Assembly (NCBI GenBank): GCA_013239625.1
Contig: MU053431.1
Span: 310,001-374,000 of the forward strand
Source: Lama guanicoe
Lineage: Eukaryota
Length of the DNA stretch: 64,000 nucleotides
Direction of reading: 5' to 3'
In this document: in pieces, positions 13,581 through 25,769 of the stretch
Position numbering within the stretch: the stretch's first letter is position 1
Layout: every line of letters begins with the position of its first letter
The notes under the pieces: generated by a model
Databases searched by the model: none
What the model was told of the DNA's origin: nothing
The model's input: only the letters and a program-made list of their open reading frames with translations
Program-made: the position numbers and the translations under genes

Positions 13581-16559
13581 GGGCTGTCATGGCTGGGGCT
13601 CAGTGGTGCATGGCTTCTGTCCTCTGATGACCAGCCTTGCTCTTGCCAGCGTGCTTAGCCGTAGTCCTTGACTGTGTGCAGGAGCCTTTCTACAAGCAGA
13701 CATCTGGCAATGCCCCCGCTCTGCCCTGGGGCGAGATTCATAGGTGATACGCACTACCTACAACGTGTGATTGTGAAAAGGAAGATTACTATAAAGCCCT
13801 GACAGTGGCCTACAAGGTGCGGGAGAAGTAAAGGGATTATCAGGTTAATAGAACAACAGGTATTCAATATTTAAATGCTCAGTATGGTGGAACTAGAATC
13901 CAAGTGCCCCACGCGTTTCAAAGCCTCTCCCCAGGGCTAGCACGGCCACTGGGAGCCTGTGATGTCAGTGAGGGATAAGCGGTAAAGCGGGGACCCGGCG
14001 TGGCAGGGGCCGCTCCTGGGAAGATCTGGGGCGATGAAAGCCACCACAGCAGCCCACGTGGGGCCCTGGGGCCCAGGCCCTCCCTGCTCGTTTCCCACAG
14101 AGGAGCTGCTGCCTCTGAGCAACTAGTGTGAGATGTGCGGGTGACAGGCGTGGACGCGGCTGGGAACGCCTGGAGATGTTTATTCAGTGTCACTCTGAGC
14201 TCGTGTCCTCTCCCGTCACCCCTGGGCTGCCTGGCCCGAACCGGAGGGTTCAGCACTGCCGGCCCAGAGGACAGAGCCGCGTGCTTTCGGGATGGGGAGG
14301 CGGGCAGTCTGCGAAAGCACGTGGACGGGCAGGGAGAGGTGTGGTCATCAGGACTCTGCCCAGATGCCCCCTCCGTCCTGCCCACGCAGGAAGAGAGCTG
14401 CCCTGAATCTTCCAGCTTACCTTCAGTTGTCTGGGTCTTTGGTTTGAAACCTTGCGCTGAGCGTCCCTCTGTTCTCAGTCGATTCACACCTGTTTATTTC
14501 AGGTCCCTGTTGTCGGGTTATTCACGGGGTTCTGCTTAGTAAGTGTTTACTGAGCTCTCGTTCTGGAAGGACAGGGTGGGCCAGGATCCTGAGCAGATAA
14601 GGGTTGTCTTTTCACTCCAGGGGGCGATGGCTTGCGGGGAGATCGGGGCAGGTGCACACACTTTCCCTGGAAGGGTGACCAGGAGCAGAGGCTGGGCCGG
14701 TTCTCCCGGTGAACGTGCCTGTTTCAGTGAGCGGAGGGGCCCCACGGTTTTAGCGACTCGGGGCGTCTCCTCGGGTTGGGATTAAGGGAGTGAGTTTTGA
14801 ATGAAGCAACCTTGTCCTCGTCTTCCTTTTCCCTCCTTCCTTCCCTCCCTTCCTTTATTTTCCCCGTAGAAGCAGAGTTGAGTTGATCAGACTCCAGCTC
14901 AGAGCACATCATCTTTGTCCACTTGTGAAAGTCTTTTCCTTGCTTCATTTTGCCCACTGTCCGGAGGCCCCGCCTCCATCCCGCTCCTCCCCTCCCCACT
15001 CCAGCGGGATTGCTGCCTGTCTCTAAAGAACGGGCGATGTGGCAGTGTGCTCGAACGCTCATCCTGTGTCTCACATTTTTCAGTCAACACAACATTTTAG
15101 AACAGTCTAACCATGCCTGTGTGCACACATCTAGTCTGTTGCTTGCAACTGCTATGTAGCATCCCACGTGCGCACCCACAACGCTGCAGACCCCAGCACA
15201 GGACGGCTAGTTTGCCTCCAAGCCCTGGTGCCTCAAAGACTGTGCACCGAATATTTTGAGCACAGCTTCCTAAGAACTCTTCTGAGAATATTTTGAGGCA
15301 GTCTCTTTATAATTCATGTGAGCAAATTCTACCCCATCTGCAGCAGGTGAGCTGGGGGGACCAGGCATAGATGAAACCACATCCTTCCCAGACCATGACG
15401 TTGGACGCAAAGGAGATGAAGGTCACTGTTCCCCTCTATTGACGTGAAAGCAAAGGTTCCAAACGAAGAGGAATGTGAGCACAAGCAGGTGTGCACACGA
15501 GCACTACGAGATGCACTGGAGGACGCCCGTGTGGCGCCTGCACACCGCTGCCTGTCTTTGCAGAAGTGAATGGAGGGTCCGAGGAGCTCTTCTGGAAGAG
15601 GGGAGGCCGAGAGGACAGTCACCTCCTGGCTTAACGCTGGAGCCTCTGAGCTCGCCCTCCCGTCGCGTGTCCACAGAGGGCGTCGCTGCGGGTCAGCAGG
15701 CCCGGCTTCCCGCCTGGCTGGAAGGAGCTCGGGACAGCAGGACTGGGCCGTCACATCTCCCCTCAGGGCTCTTCCTCCGACTCCATCACAGGGGCAGTTC
15801 CCGGAATCACCCAACGACCTGATGCGCTGAGACTGGGGCCAGTAAGCGCCGTGTAACTCCTCTCTGGGCCTTTAAAAGAGCTGTTTCTGTTGGTTTTCCA
15901 GGCTGTCAAAGCAGAGGTGCTGAGGGCGGGCGGGGACCAGTAGGTGATGACAGCGCCTGCTGGGATGTCGGGAGTGGGAGGGGCTGGGCTGCCGGGCTGA
16001 CGCGAAGGCACCAGCAGGGCCAGCAGACTGAGCGGGGCCTGTGTGGGCAGCATCCCTGAGCAGGGCGGCCGGGCTCTGCTTCCTCGCTGCCTCTGGGTGG
16101 ATCGCTTGGTGAGCCCGTCTCTGTGGCTCGTGGACACTGGTGTGCCCAGCTTGCCTCCGTGTTGGCCACTTCCTGTTCCCTGGTGATGTGGGTAGTTGAC
16201 TCCAGGGTCAGTTTCCCCCAAGGGTTCCTGGTGGCGAGATGATGCGCTGCAGCTTGTTGAGGAAAGCGCCAGAAAGGAGAAGAGGAGTGGAAGCCACCCC
16301 GAGCGCGCTCGCGCCTTTCTCTGCGGTGCCTCAATGCCACTGGGTTGAGGGTGGGGTTCTGTCTAAAGCAGAAAAGTGCATTTCTCATCCACTGTGAGCA
16401 CCCCAAGTGACTGCCCCTCAGAGCTGGTGTTTTGGTGTGAGTGGGCCGACAACACACAGCTGCCAACGCACAGAGTGGACGTGGCTGGGGTGAGATGTGC
16501 TGCAAAGGGAGGTAGTGGAGGGGCGTGAACCCACGGTGACCGGCGGCCGCTTTTCTAGG

Positions 16560-16750
16560 GTGTCCAGGAAGTGCTCCTTGGACCAAAAGGGAGGGTCCAG
16601 GCAGAAGCCTGAAGGAGAGAGTGAGCCACGCAGCTGGGACGGGAATCCTGGGGTGGGGGTGGGGGGCAGCACGTGCAAAGGCCTGGAAGCCAGAGCCCCG
16701 TGGGTAGGGAGGAGGGTGCAGCAGACGTTGGAGTGGAGCTGTCGGCAGGA
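16560..16750 (-). mobile_element. L2 LINE fragment
   Basis: GCCTGAAGGAGAGAGTGAGCCA..GCAGCACGTGCAAAGGCCTGGAAG. Confidence 0.5.
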
Positions 16751-17039
16751 GGGCTGAGAGCTAGCTCACTCGGGCCGTGCACTGTGGAGCAGCTCAGACC
16801 AAGATGGGGAGAAGTGGTTGGATATGGTTGACTTTTGAGAATAAATCCGACGTCAACGGTGGGGAATGCGACATCTTCATTTCTGCAGAATCCCAGCCTT
16901 GAAACAAAAAGGAAACCAATGCTTCTGTAACATGAAAGGAAAATGAACAGATGCTGGTACATGGCCCAGGTCCTCCCGTCAGGACCCAGCCCCCACCCCT
17001 CAGCCTCCATCGCAAGGCGTGCTGGTGCCTGCAGTGCTG

Positions 17040-17235
17040 GCCCTCTGGACTGTGCCCCTGCCCAAGACTCGCCCCTTCCTGGCAGCCTGCGCCCCGTGTG
17101 CCCTTGGGGTTTAACTTCTCCCTGTGCCCAGTCCTTCTGCCCTCCCTCTCAGGTTGTTCCTGAGACCACTCCCCAGGGAACCTGCTCAGGACAGAGCCCC
17201 ACCTCGAATCCTGTTTTCTGAAGACCCTGACGTTG
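17040..17235 (+). mobile_element. ERVL LTR16/LTR33-like 3' fragment
   Basis: TGCCCAGTCCTTCTGCCCTCCCTCTCAGGTTGTTCCTGAGACCACTCCCCA..CTGTTTTCTGAAGACCCTGAC resembles the recalled LTR16 3' end. Confidence 0.5.
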
Positions 17236-20179
17236 GCGAGTTATCAAGTTTTTGGTGGCTAGAACGCATGTAGAGGCCCGTTTAATTCTACCTTCTGATG
17301 GAAGGTTTTGGGCAGGGCAGATTCATGTTTCAAATAGCACAATCTAGGGGCAGAGAAGAAAAGTACCTCACGGGTACGAATGAATAATGAAGTCCTAAAG
17401 ATGAGTTTTACATTGTGCATGCAGAGGCAGGTGGGGGAGAACCAGCTATAGAACTTTCTAGAATGTGGCAAAATAGGGGTGGACAAATGGGGTGCCTCGT
17501 AACAGAGCCACCCTGAACCAGGTATTTAGTCATCATGTCTGAGCCTTGAAAATCGTAAATATAATATGGCCAAACATGCCTCTCCTTTGTCGTTCCTTGC
17601 TCCTGGGAACCCCTCCCTCAGCTCATTTTGTAGTGTTTCCCAGAGATCAACCAAAAACCAAACAAAAATGTCCTCAGTTCCCAAGCAGCTTGGGCAGTGT
17701 GATCTCACTGGAGATTTGAGTCTGAGATAATCTTCGCTGTCCTCTAAGTGGGCTGGGAAGCTCTGGGAGCCTGCCCGGTCCCGGGGAGTCTGTCCCTGTC
17801 AAGAGGAGATGAGGGCCCAGACTTGGAGGACGTCCATCCCCAGCGGAGTGAACGTCCCCAAGGGCTCTGTGGGGGACCAGGGAGAAGGCTGTGCTCACAG
17901 AGGTGTTATTCTCCGCAGCAGAGAGGCGAGAGGGCACAGGGTGACAGGGATGCAGCACAAGGCAGTGACAAGAGGTGGGTGGCCACAGAGAGGGAAAGTC
18001 AGAGAGAACCCGAGATCTGTGGGTAAAATGCAGCGCTCTGAGACCCGACATCACCTTCCCAGGTTCCCGCCTGGGAGCACCTGTTTCCTGTGAGCCCCGA
18101 TGGGCGCGGCTGCCGAGACGCGTGACTGTGGGCTGCCCAAAGGAAGGCACTGCAGGGCTGTGCGGGGGGGCCCCCAGGGGTGATTCGGAAGGCGGGGTGC
18201 TGGGACCCCGTGCTTAGCAGGGAGGGCCGCATTCAGTCCCAGGGGTTAGAATGAGGCTGAAGGCTGTGGGGCTGATGAGAGGAGCCTGCGGCCGGGCTGC
18301 CGGAGCAAGTCCTACCTGTCAAGGTATGTCCCGTGGGAAAGTCAGCAGCAGAGGGCCCAGGATTCTCCTGGGTCTGGTCCCGGAAGATGCGTTTTAACAA
18401 GCTCCCTGGACGATTCTGGTACAAGACGAAAGGCCCTTTCCCATTTGTGAGTCCTCCCTTCTTCCCAGGAAAGATGAGGTTGTTCTGGTCCTCTGTCTCT
18501 GCCCCTTTTACAGCCTCCTCCGCAATGGCTGTTTGCTGTTTGCCGTCATCTGTATACAAGGCACACAGCCCCACTGAGAATTTGGCCAGCTAACGAAGCC
18601 CCACATTCCACTCCAAGTCTTTCTTATTTATTTGCTTTCAGAAAGCGGGCCCTAATTGGCCATTAAGAAAGCGTGCCGCCGGCTCCTTTACTGGGCCCTG
18701 GATTTATCTAGCTGGCGCCCGAGTTAGCGGGAGCGAGAGGCTTTCATTCAACGTCACATAGCACTTAACTAACTGCTTCATTTCTTCCCAGACCTCAAGG
18801 AGCTAACACATTTGTTAAAGCATTTTGATCTTTTGGAGACAGATTAATATGAAGCTTGTCAGTTTTGTAGGATGAGATGAGTCAATAAACAGAAGCACAC
18901 ACTGGCGGGAGAGCCACGAGTGGTGGGAGGCACACTTCGTTGCTGCAGGACAATTACTTGGGAAGAACAGCCCGGAGCGTATTGTATTTCTGTTAGTCCG
19001 CGCTGCTCTCTCAGTCTGTGGGTGTGTGGGGGGGTGTGTGTTTGGGGTGGGTCTGTTTGCTTTTCTAAACTGACTGTAGTGAACAAATTCGAATGGAGGC
19101 TTCAGAGCTCAAGTGTAGCGATGCCATGGCTCGCAGCTGGTTTTTGCATTTCCTTACGAAGGGTTGTTTATTTGTTGGCAATCTAGTCTGTCCTTGTATT
19201 TTGGGGGTCGCTCAGCTCTCAGGAACTAATTCAGGAAGTCTGTTTTGTGTATTCCACTTGTAGCTAGAGACTCCTCTTGGCAGGTGCTTCATTCTAGTTT
19301 AAATGAGCTCTCCTTCTGGAATGACAGGTTAACATGGAAATAATACAGACTGTATTTTGCAACCAACACCTTCATGTCGAAGAACAGTCATTTGTTCTAA
19401 AGATAATTCAAACCCTGACTTCTTGTACTTAAAAAAAGTTAAACTTGAGTAAAATGTAATTGTGTTGAAATGGAGATTGGCCTATGGCTTAATAATAACT
19501 AGGAAACGTTCTTTCATTCTGACTAGAGAACTCCAGAATTCAATAAACAACCAAGATAATTAGATAACAAGGACCAAAGTATGCGTTTAGATCATTCTGT
19601 AACCAAAATGAGACTTGAAGGGAACACTGACAAATTGGTGTTTTTGAACTTCCAAAAAACACAACACTTGTGTTCCCAACTTAGGCGGAAAAAATTCAGA
19701 ACCAGTGTTACTATAGAAAAGCCAAATTCCTTTTTTGTTGTGTTAATAATGGATTATTATTTGTGCTTCAAAGCCACCATTATTAACCTCTAAAATCACA
19801 TGCATAAAAAGGAACAACTCCATCTAAAACTAGGAGCAAAACTCAATTCGAGTGATGGTCCCTCTGGCTGCCTGCTGAGAGTCTGTCCCCTTCCTAATTA
19901 TTAGTCACGCTCAGAGCCAGGAGTCACCGAGCAGGCAAGCGTGCGGGGCAGCTCCTCCAGGAACGTGGGGTGAACAAGATGGAGGCCAATCATGCATTTT
20001 CTGCTGGGGAAACACAGCTGTTCACAGCCCAGTGTTTGTGTTTAGGGGGTGGGGGCAGGGAGACAGATTTCAAATCAGGGTAGTCCCTTCCCTTTCTTGT
20101 TGGGAAAAAAAAACACATTTTGAATCTTTCTTCCATCTGTGCAGCAGCAAATTATGACAACAGAGATTTGCCCACCACA

Positions 20180-20370
20180 TCATGCTTTCCACATACATCA
20201 TCCTGTTTAATGATCACAGACACTTCAAGTACGTGTGAATCGGCCTAAGTTACAGACAAAGACACTGTGGCTTAGAGAGTCTAGGAGTTTTCCTGGGATC
20301 ATAAAGGAACTCCTGGAAAATCTGACTTTCCTGGGTCCAGAGTCCCTGGGTGCACTTTAATCACTACTGG
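20180..20370 (-). mobile_element. MIR SINE
   Basis: TTTAATGATCACAGA..TTACAGACAAAGACACTGTGGCTTAGAGAG..TCCAGAGTCC..CTTTAATCACTA. Confidence 0.6.
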
Positions 20371-20399
20371 CTTTGGCTGTGGGCTTCCTAGATTCAAGG

Positions 20400-20870
20400 G
20401 CCAGGAGCCGAGGCCGACCACGGCGGCCTAGACCAGTGCTGCCTGCTGCCTGCTTGTCTCCCAGGCTGGCGCTTTGACTGTGTTCGCAGTGCATCCACAG
20501 AGCGTGCGGCGCATCTGTGACTTTCTTTCCCTTCGTGGGCGCGGGGGCGTGATGCGTCGCTGTCCCAGGCTGTGCCGGAGCTGGTCACAGAGAAGGAAGG
20601 CTCGAGTTCCACCCCGAGCCGGCAGCTGTCAGCGCGTGCCTGTGCCACGCTGGGGTTCTACCCGGGGCCGTTGTCACCAGTGCGGGCCCTGGGTTGGCCC
20701 CTCCTCTGACAGCAGTTCACCTCCTAGGCGCTCGCAGCATCAGCGGGCGGAGGACGACACCGCCTCGCACGGCCGTGAGCCGGGCGTCCGCTCACCGCGT
20801 CCAGTCACGCCGCCGCACACGATTGTGCACGGTCATCTGTTCTGTCCAGGAGAATGCGCCACGCACAGGA
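20400..20870. promoter_or_regulatory. CpG-dense GC-rich segment (CpG-island-like)
   Basis: Dense CpGs by eye, e.g. CCGCCTCGCACGGCCGTGAGCCGGGCGTCCGCTCACCGCGTCCAGTCACGCCGCCGC. The observed/expected ratio was not computed. Confidence 0.45.
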
Positions 20871-21565
20871 ACAGGTTTATTTCTAAATAAACTCGTGGAA
20901 GAACAGCTCCTGAGCACCCAGCAAACAGGCAGGATTTGTCCCTGGCTGGAAATGCTGTGTCTTCCTGGAGGCTGCAGGATTGCCCTGCCCCTCGGTTACT
21001 CCTGATGGGACCGACTGGCAAACTGAAAATAAGGCGAGAAGGGGTGGCTCCAGCACCCCGCTCTCCATCTGCTCCTCCAAGCTCAGAAGACCCTCGGCCT
21101 GAGGCGTGACTTCGGTCAGAATCACATCCAGGGAAACATACCGCCTGCCACATGCCCCCAGGGGCGAGGCCACCAGGGAGGGATGGAGACCTCTGGGTTA
21201 AGAGGTGCCCTGCTGGGTGTGGATGGCAGAGACGAGCCCTGGAACTCTGAGGCACTCGGCCCTGAACAGACGAGCTCCTCTTCCCCGTCGCCCCTTCCCT
21301 TTAAACCAGACACAGGCTCTACCGATAATGGGGCAGACATTTTGGCTTCATCACAGATGTGAAGGCGTTTCCCCACGGCTTCGCTTCCCGTCTGCCATGG
21401 AAGTACAAGTAAAGGAGAACGCTGACGCCTCTGAGCTATTTGCTGGTGCGACAACAGAAACACCGGCGACGGTGACGCGCTGTGCAAGCGCACTATGAGC
21501 TGCTCGTTAACACCCATCCCCCATGCCCTGGATGTGCAGGGACCTCAGTGGGGGGTGGTTCTTAC

Positions 21566-21687
21566 CAGAGTGACCACATGGCCCGGTTTTTCCAGAACAG
21601 TCCCATTTCCCATTGCTGGCACAATTATACATCACCCCCTTTCTAGTCTTAAGAGTGTCCCAGTTTGGATATTGGCAGGTCACCCTA
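21566..21687 (+). mobile_element. MER81-like hAT-Blackjack MITE
   Basis: Terminal inverted repeats CAGAGTGACC..GGTCACCCTA; internal ACAGTCCC, CCCCCTTTC and AGTGTCCCAGTTTGGA. Confidence 0.8.
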
Positions 21688-23189
21688 ACTTTTAGATCCA
21701 CACTTTCTGAGCCTGGAATTTGAGCCTCGGGGAGGTGAGTTGCCCGGGTTTGCCCAGGGCAAAGCGCAGGCTGGGGCGCCACATGTCAGAAGGAGGGTTC
21801 TGAGCCGCGCGCCGTGTTCTCCTGAGGCTCACGTGACGATGTATGATGCGGGTGGCACGTCGGTAACCGCCACCCTCCCGACTGCCTGCCACAGGAAGGC
21901 TAGTGTCTGGCAGCTGAAGGCAGGCCAAGGGCCCTGGGAATCCACATGGTCACATCACAACAACAATGACCACAGTCTGGGGAAGGTGAGACCCTCCGTT
22001 GGACACCAGCAGCGCCGGCCAGCATCTCCTCGCTGATGCTCCTCACCTGCGTCGCTCTGGCCCCAGGCTCAGGGCTGGGATCAGCAAGAGGCAGACTACA
22101 CCTGCCTGGGCTACCAGCCCGGTGGGGAAGGTCGGGAAAGTGCTTTAAAAGCTCTTTCTGTTTCGTAGAAGCATCCAGTTGTACCTACGAGAACATCAGC
22201 TTTTGGATGGACTTCCTCCGTCCTAGTGGACAGGTCTCTTGTTTTAATTTTGAATAATGTGGGGGGTGGTGAGGGGCACCATATTTCTTCCTGACACTGT
22301 GGGTTCTGCAGGCCTTCATTGGACTTGTCCCCTGTCTTGAAGACAGAAAGCCCGACCGAGTGGAGTTTGGAAGGTTGCGTCTGGGCATCGAGGTGAAGTC
22401 AGCAGACACAGCCCTCCAGCAAATGTGTATGCACGTCCACAGCCACGATCTGTCTCAAGAGGAGGATGTTTTACCTAATGCCTGTGATCAGCAGGGCATC
22501 TGGAAGATCTCTCAGGCTGGGCCCTCCAGTGAGGAAGGATTTTAGGACAGGATGTGTAAAGTAACAGGGCTGTCCGGGGCAATGGGACCCCCTGCCCTTA
22601 CCTTGGGGTGTGTATATTTGCATCCAAAACTGGCCTCTTAACAACACTGGCCTTCCTATCTTGACCTGAGTTGCCTAATTCAAGGCTCATCCTTCCAAGA
22701 TGTACCAGGGCCTCTTGTTTCCCAGCTAGATGGGAGGGCCCTGCAGTGACCATGCCAACATAGGTTAGAATTCACCAGGTTCTACAGCTTTAAAACTGTG
22801 TGATTCTTAAATTTTTTTTAACCTGGGAGCAATTACCAACACTTTAAATTCTGTGCCTAAATCAAGACCTTACTATTTAATGTTGCATTATTTTAAAATC
22901 GCATCATTCAAATGCCAAGAAGACATAGCCCCGTGAAGATGGCATGGGAACACCTGCTCTGAGCAGTGTTACACTTTTTAAGGTGTGCCTGTCTCCTGTC
23001 TGATAATGTCAACAGAGCGGCACTGATGTTTCTCTAGATAATTAGTTTATTACCCTGACTATGGCTCAGGAAAAAGGAAACAATGGGAAAAGAATGGATA
23101 AAAACACTTCTTCTCAGGGAAAAGTTGAGAACCCTGAAAAAAAAAAAAAACAACTCATAGTGAAGTCTTTGAGTCGAGATGATGCTTCA

Positions 23190-23575
23190 TGTCTTCTTTA
23201 TCCATCCACCCATCCGTCCATCCATCCATGGACACTTAGGTTGATTCCATACTGCGGATACTGTAAATGATGCTATGGTGAACACAGGAGTGCCTATATC
23301 TTTGCAAATTAGTGTTTTCTTGTTATTTGGATAATTACCCAGAATGGAATAACTGGATCACACGGTAGTTTTATTCTTAATTTTCTGAGGAACCTCTCCA
23401 CCATTTTCCATGGTAAGTGGATGCATCCATTTACAACCCCACTAACAGTGTGTGACTGATGGAAACTAAATTTTTGGTGATGAGCGCACTGTAATGTATA
23501 CAGAAGTAGAAATACAATGTATACATGAAACTTATGTAATGTTATCTCAATAAAAAATTTAAAAGTTAAAAAAAT
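23190..23575 (+). mobile_element. 5'-inverted L1 insertion (antisense ORF2 end plus sense 3' tail)
   Basis: 23190-23452 is an antisense L1 ORF2 end (GGACACTTAGGTTGATTCCATA..TTTTCTGAGGAACCTC). 23453-23575 is a sense 3' UTR ending CTCAATAAAAAATTTAAAAGTTAAAAAAA. Confidence 0.75.
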
Positions 23576-23689
23576 GCCCCTATTGGTTTGGGGCAGGGGT
23601 CTACTGGCCCACATAAAGCCTCCCTTCAGAAGTCCACCTCCCAGAGCCTGGAAGAGCAAGAGCTCTCTGCACCCCTTCTGCCTTCAGGA

Positions 23690-24175
23690 AATTTCATGAG
23701 TGATGGAACTGAATGAAGATGTCCAGACAAAAGCACGTACACAAATGTTCACAGCATCAGTACTCACAACAGCCAAAAGGAGGAAGCAACACACGTGTTC
23801 ATAAACTGGTGAATGGAGAAACGAGATGCGGTCCCTCCGTGCCGTGGAACGTTGTTCAGCCGTCAGATGGAGTGATACACTGATTCTTGTTACAGCGTGG
23901 ACAAATCTGAGTCACGCTAAGTGGAATAACCCAGGCACAAAAGAAGACCGATCGTATGGTTCCTTTTACACGAAATGTCCAGAATGAGCAAATCCCTAAA
24001 GACAGCAAGCAGCTCAGCGGCTGCCGAGGGCTGGGGCGCAGGGCTTGCGGAGCAGTCACTCAGTGGGTGCAGGGTTTCCTTTCAGGGTGAAGAGGACTAT
24101 CTGGAACCGGGCAGAGGTGATGGCGGCACGACTGTGGGAGTGTGGTGAATGTCACTGGACGTTCTGTGACGTGTG
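23690..24175 (+). mobile_element. L1MB7/8-like 3' region, GC-drifted
   Basis: ACACAAATGTTCACAGCA..CAGCCAAAAGG.GGAAGCAAC..GAAATGTCCAGAAT..GGGTTTCCTTT..GGGTGA. Confidence 0.8.
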
Positions 24176-25769
24176 ACTCACTGCCATGGGAAAGAAAGAG
24201 CAGTGGCAGCCCCCAACAGCCACGGCTATTCTTACGTCCCTCTAAACTGGGTGGCTTGCTTACTTTAGTTTTTATTTTATTTGTTTACATTAAAAGCCCA
24301 TCTGTGAACCCCTGGCTTATTTTCCTTTGAAAATGACCAATTTCATATTTCATAAGTGCACAATGAATGCTGATGAGGCTTCATTTGTCACTGGGTGCCT
24401 GTGATTGTAATAGCTGGCCCCTAATCTATCTCGCAGAAGAGCCAGTGGGCTCACGGATGCCAGCTGCCCATGAAGGACGCTTTCTCCTGCCATGTCTCTG
24501 TCCATCTGGCTTGGTGACCTCCCTCATCCTGCAGGTGTGTCAACGTGATGTACGAGCGCATCTCATGAGGTCCTTGGACAGTCTAACCGACTGGCCATTA
24601 AAGGGGAGGAGAAAATTGTGCTGACATCCATGCACATCCATCTCAGGATATCCAGCCCATCGGCTGCTGGTGGCTAAAGTAGTGCAGATGCCTAATACCA
24701 CTTTGAATATTAATATCCATCCCCAACTTTCAACAACATTATAATTTGGTGGCGCTCCGTGGTGCTTCTGCTTTTCCAGCCAAATGACATTTGTCACACT
24801 CAAGTAGGAACAATTATTAATAATTTTCATTTCATTAGAAGCACTACAATAAAATGTCAACAGCCTTAAAAGTGCATCAGAAGTGTACAAATTAATTTTG
24901 ATTTTCTGAAGTGTAATTACTTTTGTAAGTACCAGACTGTGTAATCACTTTGGGCGTTATTCCTCGTGCAATCAATTATACTTAAATGTACTTATCTCTT
25001 TTCAAACATGATTTCTCAGAGGTCACCTGTTGGCTCTCCCTGCTATTGTAACAGGAAGTTGTTGCAGTTCGTATTGGACATGCAGTAAGCAAGGCATGGT
25101 TAGGGCAGCGATGAGATGAAGATAAACGTGACAGTAAAAATTGTCTTAGCAAGCGACCTAAGGCTTGGGGCTTAGTCTTGATTTAATTCTGGCTGGAGGG
25201 CTACACATGGTGACTGAAAAGTGTTCTCACAGTGGAAAAATAAAGGGGGTAGTTCATACCTATGTCAGAACGTAGCTGTTAAAACTGTGGGTTCTGGTAG
25301 CTGCCTTTCCAGCTTGCCAGCTGTGTAAATTATTACCCCGCACCTGTTTGCTATTCATTCATCTCTGATGGGAAGGTGATGAGTGCCTTCTCCCACGAAG
25401 CCATGGGCCCGTTTTCATCATTTCATCCTTACTGCATAGCCTGCTGCAGAATAGATGCTTCATTAATAGTTACGGAAGAACTAAATGAATAAGCATCGTG
25501 ATGAAAATTCAGTGGTAAAAGGTAGATGTGCTCATGAGCTGTCAGCGAGTGTTGTTGTTAACCACCCATCAATACACTATTAACGATCATTTCTGTCTTA
25601 GAAACATTGATTGAGTCCACTTATTGTGACCAGGAATCGGAGCCAGACTCAGTGCATCCGTGAAAAGAGTCTATCCGTCGCTAATAATGATATAAACGCA
25701 AAATAAAGCATCAGTTCAACACCTACGGTGCTCAGAGAATCACGAAAGGGAAGATCCGCGACACCAGAA

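Noticed and set aside
14612..14628. CTCF-like CTCCAGGGGGCGA
   Set aside because: Partial match only; GC-rich DNA yields many such hits without PWM or ChIP support.
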